Position numbers and translations under genes: made by a program. A model generated the notes under the pieces. The model was given only the letters and a program-made list of their open reading frames with translations. It was not told the origin of the DNA and did no database searches. A stretch of DNA of 64,000 bases from Octopus vulgaris (Eukaryota), in contig OX597818.1 in assembly GCA_951406725.2 (NCBI GenBank), positions 118,110,001 to 118,174,000 of the forward strand, in the 5' to 3' direction. Of this stretch, positions 12,903 through 26,050 are shown in pieces. How positions within the stretch are numbered: the stretch's first letter is position 1; the number at the start of each line of letters is the position of its first letter.

Positions 12903-15137
12903 ATTAGATTGCGACCCAAGTACTTTGTTTTGAAGCTGGAACTTATTTGATTGGTCACTTTTGGTGAAGCGCTAAGTTACGTGGGTGTAAACAGAACAAC
13001 ATCGGTTGTCCATAAATTGTGGTGGGATGACACTGATACTAACACACATACACACACAGATGCACACGCACGCACACAAAGATACAGTCAGCGCACAGAG
13101 ACATACACATATAAGTACACACTGAAACCTATACCCATATGTACGTACATACGTGTGTGTGTGTGTCTAAGGGAGAAAGAGAGAGAGGGGGGAGAGAGAG
13201 AACGCATTCGTGTCTTCGTTATTGTGGCTACTGTGTGTGCATTTATTATTTGTATGTAGTTGTAGACGCATTATTACATAAACAAACAGTAGACATAATC
13301 TTTTACAAAAGTGTTCTCGGTCGTTGTTTACTGCATCTAAAGAAATTTTGCTAACAATATATTATCCAGGCTTCTTCTCTTTTGCTTATTTTCTCTTTCA
13401 TTCCCGAGTTGGAAACATCTGAATTGTCATTTATATTAGCGAAACTTATTTTGTTTTGTTGGGTCTGTCTTCCTTTCATTGACATTTCTTTCTGGCTTTT
13501 ATCATATAATCGCAAGTACAATGGCTTGGTCATATAAACCAGGAATAAAATAACATTGAAGCAATATACAATTCAAAATTTACTTATATGTTTTCTAAAG
13601 GGTAAGTTAAGTTGCTATAAATTCATAATTGATCAAGAATACAAGTTACGAAACAACGTATATTAAATATCAGAAATTGCCGGTTGAAGAACTGACTTAA
13701 GTCAATAATGTATTAAACTTTCGCTTGTATATATTGCCTTTAAAACATGACCAACACAAGTAAATATCATGGGAAAATGTCTCAAGATCTATATTTTAAT
13801 GCAGCAATAAACGGACTCCCATTTCTTCAAGGATAAATACTTTTCAGAACTTCTACGGAGATAAATCATGAAATTTATAAATGTTGAATAAATACTTCAA
13901 TCAAACCAGGTGTCAAGCTGGAAAAATGTTTAAGATGATGTCAATAAAATTATACAAGAGAAATATAGCATATTATTTTACATATAGCATTTTAATTATC
14001 CTACAATATTTGGGGAAATATTCCCCTTTGGATATATTTAGAGTTCGAAGGATTATGTTATTAGCTGAAGGTCACACCTGTTTCAAATTTGAATTAACTG
14101 CTGTTGTTATGTAGCGTAAAGTTTATAGTTTCGACTGGATATTATAGTGGTGTACGTTAACAATGCTGGTACGAATATGATTTAATTAGTTTAGCTCTAA
14201 GCGAATTATGTAAATTTAATTCGTACTTACATCTAGAAGTATACCAGAATTGATCGGGTAGTAAATTACATAATCACTGTCTTAATTTATCGACTTCAAA
14301 TGACAAATATCAGTAAGAAATAACCGTGAGTTGCTTTCATTCTTTAGCTTCGGGCCAGCTCTAGCTGAGAAGATATAGGATCGAAGGTGTTGTTCTAAAC
14401 CATGATGCTAAAATCTTGCCATTTGAAATTGGTGTTTCAAAATCAGATATTTATTCAATAGATAAGAATCAGAATAGTAACACATATCTCGTTTATGGAC
14501 GCCAATACAAATTTGACTTAGTATAAACGCAAACAAAATTATATGATGATGTATCGTGAAATTAAAAAAAACATACCTGTGTATATGTGTATGTGTGAAG
14601 AAATATCAGCACGAACATACCTCCGATGGAACGATCGGCATGAGAAATACACATAACATTGGGAGTCAAATATTATTATTGAGAGTTCTATTCTGAGACA
14701 GCTATCTAAGGAAATAATCGAAAATTATTCCTACAACTTGGAACCTAAAATAATAAATGAAAAAGAATAGAGCGTGTTCGGGCTAAATTTGACAGTTTGC
14801 ATGAAAAAGAAGAGAAAACTCAATTTCACGTCCCAAAAAACTCTTATATTAGAAAACAAAAAAAAATATCAACCTTAGCTGTGTTACACATAGGTTACTC
14901 AAATTAGCCGTACACATAGTCCACTTTCGTCCTCAAAACATTCTAACGCATGAATTATTCACTCTGTTATTGGCAAGATCTTCAGATATCTCCCTGACTT
15001 TGACCAACAACCTGACCTTGATACTGCTGAGAGAGCAGTTGATGGTTTTCTCAACCGCGTTCCACTTACAGTGATCCTTGGAATTTCAATCGGGGGAATT
15101 AGGTGTCCAGAAATTGGGACTGATTAAGTCGTAGATA

Positions 15138-15441
15138 GTGGAGGCGCATGGCCTAGTAGTTAGAGCAGCGAAATCGCGGTCGGTGGATCGCGGGTTCTAA
15201 TCTCAGTCTGGGCAATGTGTGTGTTTATGAGCGAAACACCTAAGCTCCACCCAGCTCCGGCAGAAGGTAATGGCGAACTTCTGCTGACTCTTTCGCCACA
15301 ATTTTCTCTCAATCTTTCTCTCAATCTCATCTTGCAGCTCACCTGCGACGGACCGGCGTCCCGTCCTGGTGGGGAACCTATACACCAAGACAAAGGGAAA
15401 ATGGCCCTTATGTGCCAGGCATAGCTCGAGAAGGAAAAAAC
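15138..15441 (+). mobile_element. SINE family A with target-site duplication (TSD)
   Basis: A box TGGCCTAGTAG, B box GGTTCTAATCTC, flanks aagtcgtagata / aagtggtagata. Confidence 0.9.
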
Positions 15442-15887
15442 AAGTGGTAGATATGCTTCCATAACATCTTCTGACTCTTTCCGGAAGTATGCCAAGAATC
15501 TGAATCGTTCAGCCACACATGTGACCTTCCAGCAGTAAACGTCCCCAGCCATGGTTTGGGAACAGTCTCCAACATCTTCCCATATATATCTATATTGAGT
15601 CTAAAGACCAACCGGAAGATGGCGGGGGGTATAAAGTGACTCTCAGTAAAGAGTAAAGGGTCATAGTCAGCCGTAACTTGGTTTTGATGATGTCCACGCC
15701 ACGTCTTACAGTATTCACAGTATTGAGCATTATACCTGGCGCGAATCATCATGACAAATAGAACTCTTTTCAGTATTCAAATGGTTCCTGTCCCCCGTGT
15801 CAGCTACCTTTTACTCAACTACGATTTTTATCTTCATACTCGCCAACGTCACTGCATCAAGCATGTGCTGAAGATAATCGACATAAA

Positions 15888-15957
15888 ATGGCATAGTGGT
15901 TAAGAGCGCCGGCTACTAACCCCAAGATTGTAAGTTCGTTTCCAGACAGAGACCGCA
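15888..15957 (+). mobile_element. Short tRNA-like SINE head followed by (AAT)n
   Basis: TGGCATAGTGGTTAAGAGCG (A box) and AGTTCGTTTCC (B box); no complete acceptor stem. Confidence 0.55.
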
Positions 15958-16032
15958 ATAAAAATAATAATAATTATAATAATAATAATAATAATAAAAA
16001 TAAAAATAATAATAATAATAATAATAATGATG

Positions 16033-16076
<44 letters not shown>

Positions 16077-16077
16077 G

Positions 16078-16143
<66 letters not shown>
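15958..16143. repeat. (AAT)n microsatellite
   Basis: Directly visible. Confidence 0.95.
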
Positions 16144-16325
16144 TTAAAAATACCATCGAAAATTGCCTTAAGAATGAGAACCCAGGTTCGAAATTTCCCC
16201 AAGACATCTGATGAAGGCCGAAACGTTGTGTTATCAACAAACAAGATGAGGACTAATAACTAATATCCGTCGAATGCAAATAATATAAATAATGTACATA
16301 ATTCCTCATTTCTTAAATATAGAAT
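16144..16325 (+). mobile_element. PLE-type terminal remnant with hammerhead motif (16203-16232)
   Basis: GACAT-CTGATGA-AGGCC-GAAA-CG-TT-GTGTT. Same family as 23755-23890 and 31487-31608. Confidence 0.6.
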
Positions 16326-16715
16326 AGGTGAAAACTACTTTCTCTTGCAATAAATCAAGCAATATAACGATCGTTAAACGGAAATATTAAAGAAATATGA
16401 CGCACTTTTAGTTAGAATATCATAACACATGAAGAAAAATCTCAAATTCCATCTATACACATAAATAATAGTTAAATTAATTACTACTTTGAGTGTCTTG
16501 TGCAAAATTTATCTAATTAATTCAAATGAGCAAAGTTATATTTCTTTCATAGAATTTGATAAAACTAGCATTTATCATGATTAAGCAGAAACTCTGACGT
16601 ATGGTTCTTCAAAAACTCTACGTTAAAGTTTTCTATAATTTTGTAAAGTATCGCTTTAGCAGCACAAAAATATGCTCGGATAGCTTTCATTTTAACAGTC
16701 TTACTAACATGTTTC

Positions 16716-16886
16716 TCTCTTTTACTTCTTTCAGTTATTTGACTGTGGCCATGCTGGAACACCGCATTTAGTCGAGCAAATTGACCCCAGAACTTATTCT
16801 TTGTAAGCCTAGTACTTATTCTATCGGCCTTTTTTGCCGAACAGCATCGGTTGTCAAGCGATGTTGGGGGGACAAACACAGACACA

Positions 16887-16965
<79 letters not shown>

Positions 16966-17118
16966 GACGGGCTTCTTTCATTTCCCATCTACCAAATCCA
17001 ATCACAAGGCTTTGGTCGGCCCGAGGCTATATTAGAAGGCAGTTGCACAATGTGCCATGAAGTGGGTCTGAACCCGGAACCACGTGGTTCGTAAGAAAGC
17101 TACTTACCACACAGCCAC
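16716..17118 (-). mobile_element. SINE family C
   Basis: Reverse complement of the 9321-9722 family, with a small internal deletion. Confidence 0.9.
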
Positions 17119-17119
17119 A

Positions 17120-17785
17120 AAGACAGACAATGCTAACAGAGGTGGACTCACAATGTTTATTAGTGGGTCTTAAAATGAAGCACGCAAAAACAAAAGATAA
17201 GCGATCGGAAGATGTGGCACACGGAGGATCAGGGGTGGGAAGCGATGAAATGGAAGGTGTACAGGCGTTTGTCTGCTTGGGATACACAGTGAATATACGC
17301 GGAGATGTGTATTCTGTAATATATGATGTGCTGAAACAAAGCTAGACAATTCCATGGCAGGACCTTCTGTATCCCCGCCCTAGGCGCGCAGTTGATCGTG
17401 GGCTACTAATTAGTAGATGGAACAACGATTGTTTGCGACGCAGAGAGCCATAGGCAGATCCATGCTGGAAATATCGATCCAACAGCATATTCAAAATAAG
17501 ATACTTCGACAACGGATCAGAGTGAACGGTGTGATCGTAGGATACCGAAAACACAAGTTCTTCATCCCCAGATATGTCGTAAAGTTCAAAGACACCAGAT
17601 AGACCCGTGCAGTTATCGAGTGATACCCAAAAGATTGGATGGTTACTTGGAAGTCTCTGCGATGATTGGAAGACGACTTAGTTAAGTATTTTAAGCGATG
17701 ATGGGATAAAATGGAGCAATCAAGAATTGGAAGTACATTGTGATCAGTGGTGTATAACAGCATCTGGTGGTCTGGACGATACTTA
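17120..17785 (+). pseudogene. Decayed RTE-clade LINE, 3' part
   Basis: VGLKMKHAKTK..MEGVQAFVCLG (late RT motifs) and TQRAIGRSMLEISIQQHIQNKILRQRIRV..DTR*TRAVIE*YP, typical of the RTE C-terminus. Contains stops and deletions. Confidence 0.8.
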
Positions 17786-17799
17786 GATTCTGCTATACA

Positions 17800-18324
17800 T
17801 ACGTAAATCCTCGAGTATAGTCCACCCTTGAGTATAATACGCAGGGGATTTTTAGAGGGTTGTACCACTGAAAATCCTAAACCTTGTGTATAATACGCAC
17901 CCTTTCTCCAAATTGAGTCGTGAGTAATTAAGCTAGCAGCACCTAGTCGAACAAAACACTTCCGCGCATGAGTAATACAATAATGGTGATGTTCTTACCT
18001 GTTATATGGGAATGTAAATATGTTTGCAAATTGTTTTTGTTACATGTTATTCTGTGTTCTGAATATTTATATTTTAATAAATGTTGCTTACTGCAAGTTA
18101 TGGATGATTCTTTTATGACTTCATTGCTTTCAGGCTTAGCTTAAAGTATTTTCGCACCCAACATCACAAAATACGCCTGAATAAACATTCCCGGACAACA
18201 AATATAGACTCGGACATTGCTTAGAAAATATTTTTCATTTTTAACCTCGTATAGAGTACGCTCTAGGGATTTTGTCCTTTAAATTTTGGGAAAAAAATAC
18301 AGATTATACTCGAGGATTTACGGA
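17800..18324. mobile_element. Non-autonomous DNA transposon (MITE, Tc1/pogo-like ends)
   Basis: Terminal inverted repeats (TIRs) CGTAAATCCTCGAGTATA / TATACTCGAGGATTTACG, with a subterminal GAGTATA repeat. Confidence 0.8.
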
Positions 18325-19023
18325 CGTTACTCTCAATCTTCCAAATGCGCAAATATAAGCAGCGAATAAAGCAGCAAGATATCGCTGTGAATGACGTACA
18401 GCTTGTCTAAAAACAAAAAGATGTAATGCTATCTAAAATATATTTAGACGAAGACAGAAAGGACACGATAATCGTTAAATAAATAGTTTGAATGCTGATC
18501 TATACAATCAAAAGTTATTTCGAGAGAGACGACAATATTCATTAGTTATTTCAACGGAAACTACGATAAATCAAATACAAACGAAGCTGCCTTAGGCATT
18601 CAGTTGTCTACCTTTTTAACTAAAGTGTGACGAGAATTTTCAGTGTAATGCGCGCTCGCGCGTGTGTAGGTGTAGAAATCAATTAGAACTTGAAAAGTAA
18701 ACGCCATGTCTAGCTCCTAAAAACAATCAATTAAAAAGCAATTGAGGTCAAATGAATATATGTAACATGATGTTCTTTTTGATGTTTGCTTCTGCTGGTC
18801 GTGTTGTTATATCCGAAACCGAAAAAGACGATAATGGCGGTGCCTTTAGCCCAGGATTATCCCAAAGCATCTACTCATAAATATATCAACCTTTCTATAT
18901 ATATATAGCTAACACTATGTTATCTAATTCGCTCTTAACCTGTGCGAACATAATAAACAGATACTAGATGTTCCGGATGCAATACTTAGTGTTATTTTTC
19001 ATACATGATGACGTTCTAACATA

Positions 19024-19285
19024 CAAAAATAAATAAATGCACCCTTTTAAAGACTAGCCAGGCTCATGTTCCCGGTTTCCCGGTTTCAATGGAGTATATG
19101 TTCCCCAGCTGGACGGGACCCCAATCGATCGCAGTGATACTCACTGTTGCCTGCTGAGTGGACTGGAGCAACGTGAAATGAAGTGTTTTGCTCAAGAACA
19201 CAACTCGTCGCCCGGTCCAGGAAACGAAACCAGAATCTTACGAATATGGTGCTGACACCTTAACGACTAAGCCACGCGCATCCAC
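19024..19285 (-). mobile_element. tRNA-derived SINE (family A-related head and tail, CORE-like centre)
   Basis: Reverse complement GTGGATGCGCGTGGCTTAGTCGTTAAGG..TGTGTTCTTGAGCAAAACACTT..CCCGTCCAGCTGGGG. TSD gacgttctaacata / gacattctaacata. Confidence 0.85.
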
Positions 19286-19984
19286 GACATTCTAACATAG
19301 CCTTTTATAAAGTTTTCCTTCTGGGCTGTCGACAGAAACTGAAACGGAGTTCGAGGCATATTTCATCGTCAGAGTAACTGCCAATTAGCGAAGAACTATG
19401 ATGTTTCAGTTCTCTCAAAAAGCGTGCAGATTGTATGATGAGGATATTTGGGACTTTTGGATTCGGAAAAAAAAGTTAACAAAAAAAGATGTAGGAAGTT
19501 TTTTTTTTCCATCAGTATATTTGTTTTGGATGTTCCCACTATTAGTATGTTTGCAGGAACGTTTGAATAGATTCAATTATCGAAAGGCATTTCCAATACT
19601 TGTCACAGAAAATTCTGTTTATGTAAGGACAAACACAGATCCATATTATATATATATTTTAGAATGTTCTCGAATGATCCCGAACACACACACACACGCA
19701 CACACACAGGTATATGAAAATGTATATGCGAGATGCTGTTACCCGGTACTAGCCACTAATGAGCTACAATAGAAAAAAATCATGATATACGGAAATTCCA
19801 GTGCACATGACAGAAGCATTTCGTCTGCAATGATCTATGTGTGCGTCCTTATGCATCAAGTGCGTATATGACATGTTCTCACGTTGCTAATAACACAGTA
19901 TTCGGTGGTCTAACAAGACATCCATTCGTAGTTGGATATGAAGATTACAAGATTACCTTTTGATGTTAACAAGACTTCTGTCGC

Positions 19985-20015
<31 letters not shown>

Positions 20016-20021
20016 TATATA

Positions 20022-20053
<32 letters not shown>

Positions 20054-20067
20054 CATGTGTATGTGCG

Positions 20068-20118
<51 letters not shown>

Positions 20119-20145
20119 GTATGTATATATATATATATGCATATG

Positions 20146-20206
<61 letters not shown>

Positions 20207-20726
20207 GCTCTAGTATCCGTTTCGTATATTCCGTTGTATAGTTTATGTACTGGCATGCGTTAAACTTAATAAGCGCGTATGTGCATAAATATATGTTCGC
20301 GTGCGTCACCATTGTAATAGATACTTGATCGATTCAGCATAGCCGAATAGCTATGCAAATATAACGCCTCCAGATTCGAAATCTCGCCAGAATGCTTTTA
20401 GTATGGTTTCGGTGGATGGATTATATATCAGTGCGTGTGAATCAATGGAGAACGTTCAGAAGGTCTTCAGATGGATTGTGGCATTAACTGAAAATTGCCG
20501 CCAAGAGATACAGTGTTATCCTGATGCTAGTTCTGATTTATGTTACTGCCAGATCTAAGCTATTTCAACGAGTGGGAAGTTCAATTGATCAGTAAATATA
20601 CACTTCTGATCGACGCCGACGTACATTCGTCTACTAAATGGTCGGAACATTCAGCTGCAACCTTTCATGCCGTCTGTAATTGTTGCACATTATTTTTTAA
20701 ACATCTGTGATATATAAATATATACA

Positions 20727-21129
20727 TATTTCTTTACTACCCACAAGGGGCTAAACACAGAGAGGACAAACAAGGACAGCCATAGGTATTAAGTCGATTG
20801 CATCAACCCCAGTGCGTAACTGGTACTTAATTTATCGACCCCGAAAGTATGAAAGGGAAAGTCGACTTCGGCGGAATTTGAACTCAGAACGTAACGACAG
20901 ACGAAATACCTATTTCTTTACTATCCACAAGGGGCTAAACACAGAGAGGACAAACAAGGACATACAAACGGATTAAGTCGATTACATCGACCCCAGTGCG
21001 TAACTGGTACTTACATTATCAACCCCGAAAGGATGAATGGCAAAGTCGACCTCGGCGGAATTTGAACTCAGAACGTAACGGCAGACATTTCGCCCGGTGT
21101 GCTAACGTTTCTGCCAGCTCACCGCCTTA
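20727..21129 (-). mobile_element. SINE family B, dimer
   Basis: Two tandem units of about 183 bp behind a single head. Confidence 0.9.
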
Positions 21130-22233
21130 TATAAGCATTTACATACTTTCAGATTTAGTGTAATGAATCAGAGTAAAATATTGAGTAGGTTTCAAAGTTG
21201 TATTTTCGTTAAATTCACAAAAAGAGAGAAACTTTGGATAAATTATGCAATATGAGATTAAATCAAACGATTAATTTGTGTAAATTGGATTAAATAATTA
21301 ATAACATAAGAAGCTAACCTATTTCTATAAATAATTCAATACTTGTGCGATACCATGTTCAATCCATCTACTTCCTCATTTGTATGCGCTTATGATGCAT
21401 ATTGGTCTGAGTAAAATCTTAACAACTAGAACATGTCAGTATTCTGTTGAACATAAACATATTCATAGGCATATTCAAAGAGATATGCATAATTATAAAT
21501 GGTACATATCTTGATAGAAATTATATTTCGTCAAAGGACGTGTAGTTGTAGAGAAATACGGACAAAAATTGCAACTGTAAGAATTTGAATCAACCTTCAG
21601 TTACAAAAAGCACTTAGTTATAGGTAGAAATATTAGAACTTTGAGATTTTGTCCGCTTGTGTTAAGTACCTAGCTGTAGTACATCAATTTTTGTCGAAAC
21701 GATCGTTGATAGCAATAAAGTTATCCGTGTACTGTTCCATTTTCTGTCTATCATTTGAATTATACTCAAAGTACACCGAAGAATTCTTGAGGGTGATCCA
21801 GCGATAATTGTGTGCTTGTTTGTCCGCCACAACTGCTTAACAACCGATGCTGATGTGTTTACGTGCCTGTAACAACCGTGGATGAGTCCAGGTAACTATA
21901 GACAGTGAACATACCAAAACAGTTAAATATTAGCTTATGTGTGTGCTTATGCGTGCGCGAGTATGTGTGTCTTTGTGTGTGTGTGAGTGTGTGTATTTGC
22001 CTGCATGTGTGCGATTGTGTAGTAATTATATTGGTGTATATTGATGTAATGTATATATGTGTGCGTAAAATTTTCATATACAAATGTGTGTACATGTATG
22101 TGTGTGTCTGTGTCTGTTTGTCTGCGTTTGTGAATGTGCGTGTGTTGTGAGTGTGAAATATGGATTTTACACAGGTTTATAGTAGTCCATCAACGCATTT
22201 AGCTATTATGGTTTCTACAACAGTATATATATA

Positions 22234-22278
<45 letters not shown>

Positions 22279-22286
22279 GCATATAT

Positions 22287-22324
<38 letters not shown>

Positions 22325-22346
22325 GCATATATATATATATATGTAT

Positions 22347-22408
<62 letters not shown>

Positions 22409-22962
22409 ATATATATATATATATTATTCAGCTTTCTTTGAAGTTTTATTGCCGATAGAGAAAGAACCTGTTTTTAACCAAGATCAAAAGCTATTTCATT
22501 GCGACTTCAGGCTATTTGTTCCCATTTGTGTGTACGTATGTATGCAGTATTGGGAATCAGTGCATATGCAGATTTGTATGTTTTGCTTTATGTGTATATT
22601 CTCATGCATATACTTGCATCTCCAGACCGGTGCATATGTACGTAAATTCTAAATTTCAGGAAAATTTTACCCTCTTTTGAAATCCCAGGGACGACGTGGA
22701 TCTGTAGCCTTGTAATTAACGTTCTCATTCCATATTTCGAGAAACCTCATTTCTCAAGAGTAAAGCTTATGCAATATGTTACATACCTCAATGCCCCAGT
22801 GATTAAGAGTATGACCCTAAACCGCTAAGGCAGGTAGAGTAACTGCAAATGTCTCAATAGTTCCGTGTAGTTGTTTTGTTTTGTTTTCTTTACGTGGACA
22901 TCGAATGGGCAGCTGTTTTAGGATACGGTACATAGTTTCCCTCCCTTATCCTAAAACATTGA

Positions 22963-23546
22963 TCTCTATATCTACAAACGGCAAAATGTCTGTGTATATG
23001 TGTGTCTGTGAGTCCTTTATACAAATTCACAGTTTTTCACGTAAAAGGCTCGCATCTACTATGGGATTTCAAAACTGTCTGAGGGTGGTCATGAAGATCT
23101 TTTCATTTCCCCAGTCACCCCAGAAAGCCATTAAAATCTCGTTAAACTGACTCCTTATGCCCATAAGCTATGGGCATATCCATTCAAAATCGCTTAAAAC
23201 ATAGAAATTTGTACGCGGTGCGTGCGTACAGCTAGATGAACCAATAGACTGCCAGCTGTGTTTTGATTGGACAGAGAAAATTTTACCCTTGACAGTTGAA
23301 TGGGTGTGCGCATTTGCAGACATTCCTGCTAAATTTCTATAATTATACCGTTCCAGGTGTGAAAACCGAAGTTCAATGAATATTAATTACTCTCATAAAA
23401 AAACTCCAACTATCTCATAAACAAGAAAACTGGCTGAAATGTGATAAGAAACATAGCTATTGATTTAGTGAGAAATTTTTACTGCGACCCGGCAACGAAC
23501 AACAAGCACTAGTACTAGACCCTGCAACGCCGGGTCATAGTGCTAG
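22963..23546 (+). mobile_element. Non-autonomous Helitron
   Basis: Begins a|TCTCTATAT and ends GACCCTGCAACGCCGGGTC hairpin plus CTAG|t. Ends resemble those of 40572-40954. Confidence 0.75.
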
Positions 23547-23754
23547 TTAATTATATATGCATTTTATAGAGATTGTGACTGGGTCATTCCTCTTTCATAT
23601 TATGAGTCGCCATATCCTCTACCATACGGTGGGTACTTATCTCTCTGGTCTCGGTATTATTCTATCGAAGGAGCTCGTACCAGTTTGTCTGCCTTTCTGT
23701 CTGCATGTATGTGTGTATATATGAAAGTCGTTTAGGTAGTACTCTCTAGTAAAT

Positions 23755-23890
23755 TATTTGCATTTGACGGATATTTGTCCTCGTTTGTTGTTAACACAAA
23801 GTTTCGGCTGATATACTCTCCAGCCTTCATCAGGTGTCTTGTGGAAATTTCGAACGTGGGTTCTCATTCCTAGGTTATTTTTCGATGTTA
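23755..23890 (-). mobile_element. PLE-type terminal remnant with hammerhead motif (23793-23838)
   Basis: Minus strand reads GACAC-CTGATGA-A-GGCTG(gagagtatat)CAGCC-GAAA-CT-TT-GTGTT. Confidence 0.65.
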
Positions 23891-23908
23891 TTGCTATTAT
23901 TATTATTA

Positions 23909-23990
<82 letters not shown>

Positions 23991-23992
23991 CA

Positions 23993-25563
23993 TTGTCATT
24001 TACTTTTAATCTCCATGTTTGATGCGATCACTTGCCGGGGCACACCCAGCGCCCTAGGGCAAGTGAAGGTTAAGAGTTGTTGAAATATAGTTGAAAGCTT
24101 GGGGAGGGGAAGTAGAGAAATATCTCCATGTAATACAAACACAAACATTTACATTGATAGGGTTTTTCTAAGGATGTGGGCAGTACTTGTTAGCACAATC
24201 TTTTGGATTTCCTTGAGACATGGTTCTCCAGGGATATTGTCTAGGTGTTTCTGACATCCCTTTTTTATCATACCTAGGGCACCTACAATAACAGGAACAG
24301 TTTTTGTTTTAAGATTCCACATCTTTTGTATTTCGATTTCCAGGTCCTTATATTTACTAAGTTTGTCAAATTCCTTTACAGATACATTTTTATCAGTGGG
24401 GACGCTTACCTCTATTAGTCTGCAGGTATTTTCTTCCCTGTCTTTAACAATTATGTCTGGTCGATTAGCCTTGATCGTTCTGTCAGTGTTGACTGGAAAA
24501 TCCCAGAGGATGGTGACATCCTTACCTTCAACAACTGGCTGAGGATGGTGTTTATACCAGTTAGCAGGAGTGTCGAATTTGTAGTATTTACATATCTTCC
24601 AATGTATATACTGTCCTACCCTATCGTGGCGATTTTTGTATTCGTTTGGTGTCAGCACAGGACATCCCGAAACGAGATGGTCTATCGTTTCGTCAAATGT
24701 GTCACAGAATCTGCATTTAGGGTCAGTACCGTTTCGGAGAACGTTAGCCTGGTAATTTCTGGTAAACAAGCTTTGATTTTGTGCTGCCATTATGAAGCCT
24801 TCAGTCTCTGCTTTCAATCCAGAAGTCTTCAGCCACTGATGGGTTGTTGCTTGGTCTACATCAGCATTTTGGCTTCGGAGAATATATTGTCCATGCAGGG
24901 GCTTCTGGCTCCACCGCCTCTCAATTTGATTCTGCCCGTTCTTTTTTGCAGTCTGCTTGATTCGCTTTGCTTGCTTGGTAGCAGTGGTTTCCGGCTTTTC
25001 ATCTGATTCAAGGTTAATGTCTAGTTTCCTTTCGAACTTATAGGCTTCCTTGACAATAGAATGCAGCTTTTTGCTGCTTTCGTGTTCGCACACAAGTCGC
25101 AGCATCCAGTCCTTTGTACTAGATAGGTACCTGTTCATTCCTACAGTAGAGGTCTTATAGCACAGCTCTAATTGCATCATTCCTCTCCCCCCGCTGCTTC
25201 TAGGTAGGTACAGGCGGTCTACATCTGCCTTAGGGTGGTGCATGCTCTTGGATGTCAGTAATTTTATTGTCTTCCTGTCCAAGCGTTGGAGTTCCGTAAG
25301 ATTCCAGTTAATGATGTTAAAACTGTACTGGACTACTGGAAGCGCCAGGGTGTTAATGGCCTCAATGCAATTTTTGGAGTTGAGTTCAGTCTTCAGTACA
25401 AGCCTTATTCTCCTATAGTATTCCTTTCTTATTTTTTCCTTCATAGTAGCATGATGTATACCATCTCCTTCGTTGATTCCTAGGTATTTGTAACTTTCTT
25501 GTGGGTCAAGTTCCTTGATGGTAGTGTCAATATCTAATTTAACAGAAGCTGTTTGCCTGAGCT
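23993..25563 (-). mobile_element. 5'-truncated R4/Dong-type non-LTR retrotransposon inserted in (TAA)n
   Basis: Flanked on both sides by (TTA)n (about 23895-23992 and 25564-25640). The 3' UTR has a hairpin TCACTTGCC..GGCAAGTGA. Confidence 0.9.
24149..25563 (-). CDS. Partial RT C-terminus/thumb, CCHC zinc knuckle and restriction-like endonuclease (no native start)
   Basis: The frame stays open upstream of the listed Met (..ESYKYLGINEGDGIHHATMKEK). Motifs: GGRG, CRFC..ETIDHLVSGC, RHD, WDF, RPDI, LIEVSVP..K..KY. Confidence 0.92.
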
Positions 25564-25573
25564 ATTATTATTA

Positions 25574-25640
<67 letters not shown>

Positions 25641-26050
25641 GAAAATTAACCTGTGTTATGTCTTTCGGTTCATTAATTGGGAAATACAAATTCTTCCAGG
25701 AGCAACTTCGATTTCATTCTTCGGTGGTAGTAAAACAAAGTACCAGTCAAATACAGGCGTTCGTGCAAGATCCTCACATCAAAATTGCAGTCTTTGCCTT
25801 AGATCGGAAAGGTTATAAAGCTGGAAATGATCAAATAATATCCTGAGTTTAAATTAATGTTCAGCAAAAAACATGAAATGTTTGCTATGAATGATAATTG
25901 TGTCGAAACTAGAAAGGAAGAAAAACCTTATAAACGAATACAACCTGACTAAAAGCACGTTGACTACATTACGCATCTTTATAGTTCATAAGCCATCTCT
26001 TAGCGACTATTACACAGAAATGCAATCTCAGTTTTTCTTATATATTCTAC

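Noticed and set aside
14960-15880. GC-richer sequence around the SINE, possible exon or old LINE
   Set aside because: No recognisable protein motif or splice structure.
15888-15957. Possible genuine tRNA gene (also heads at 15138, 32618, 62899)
   Set aside because: No full cloverleaf; these continue into SINE bodies or repeat tails.
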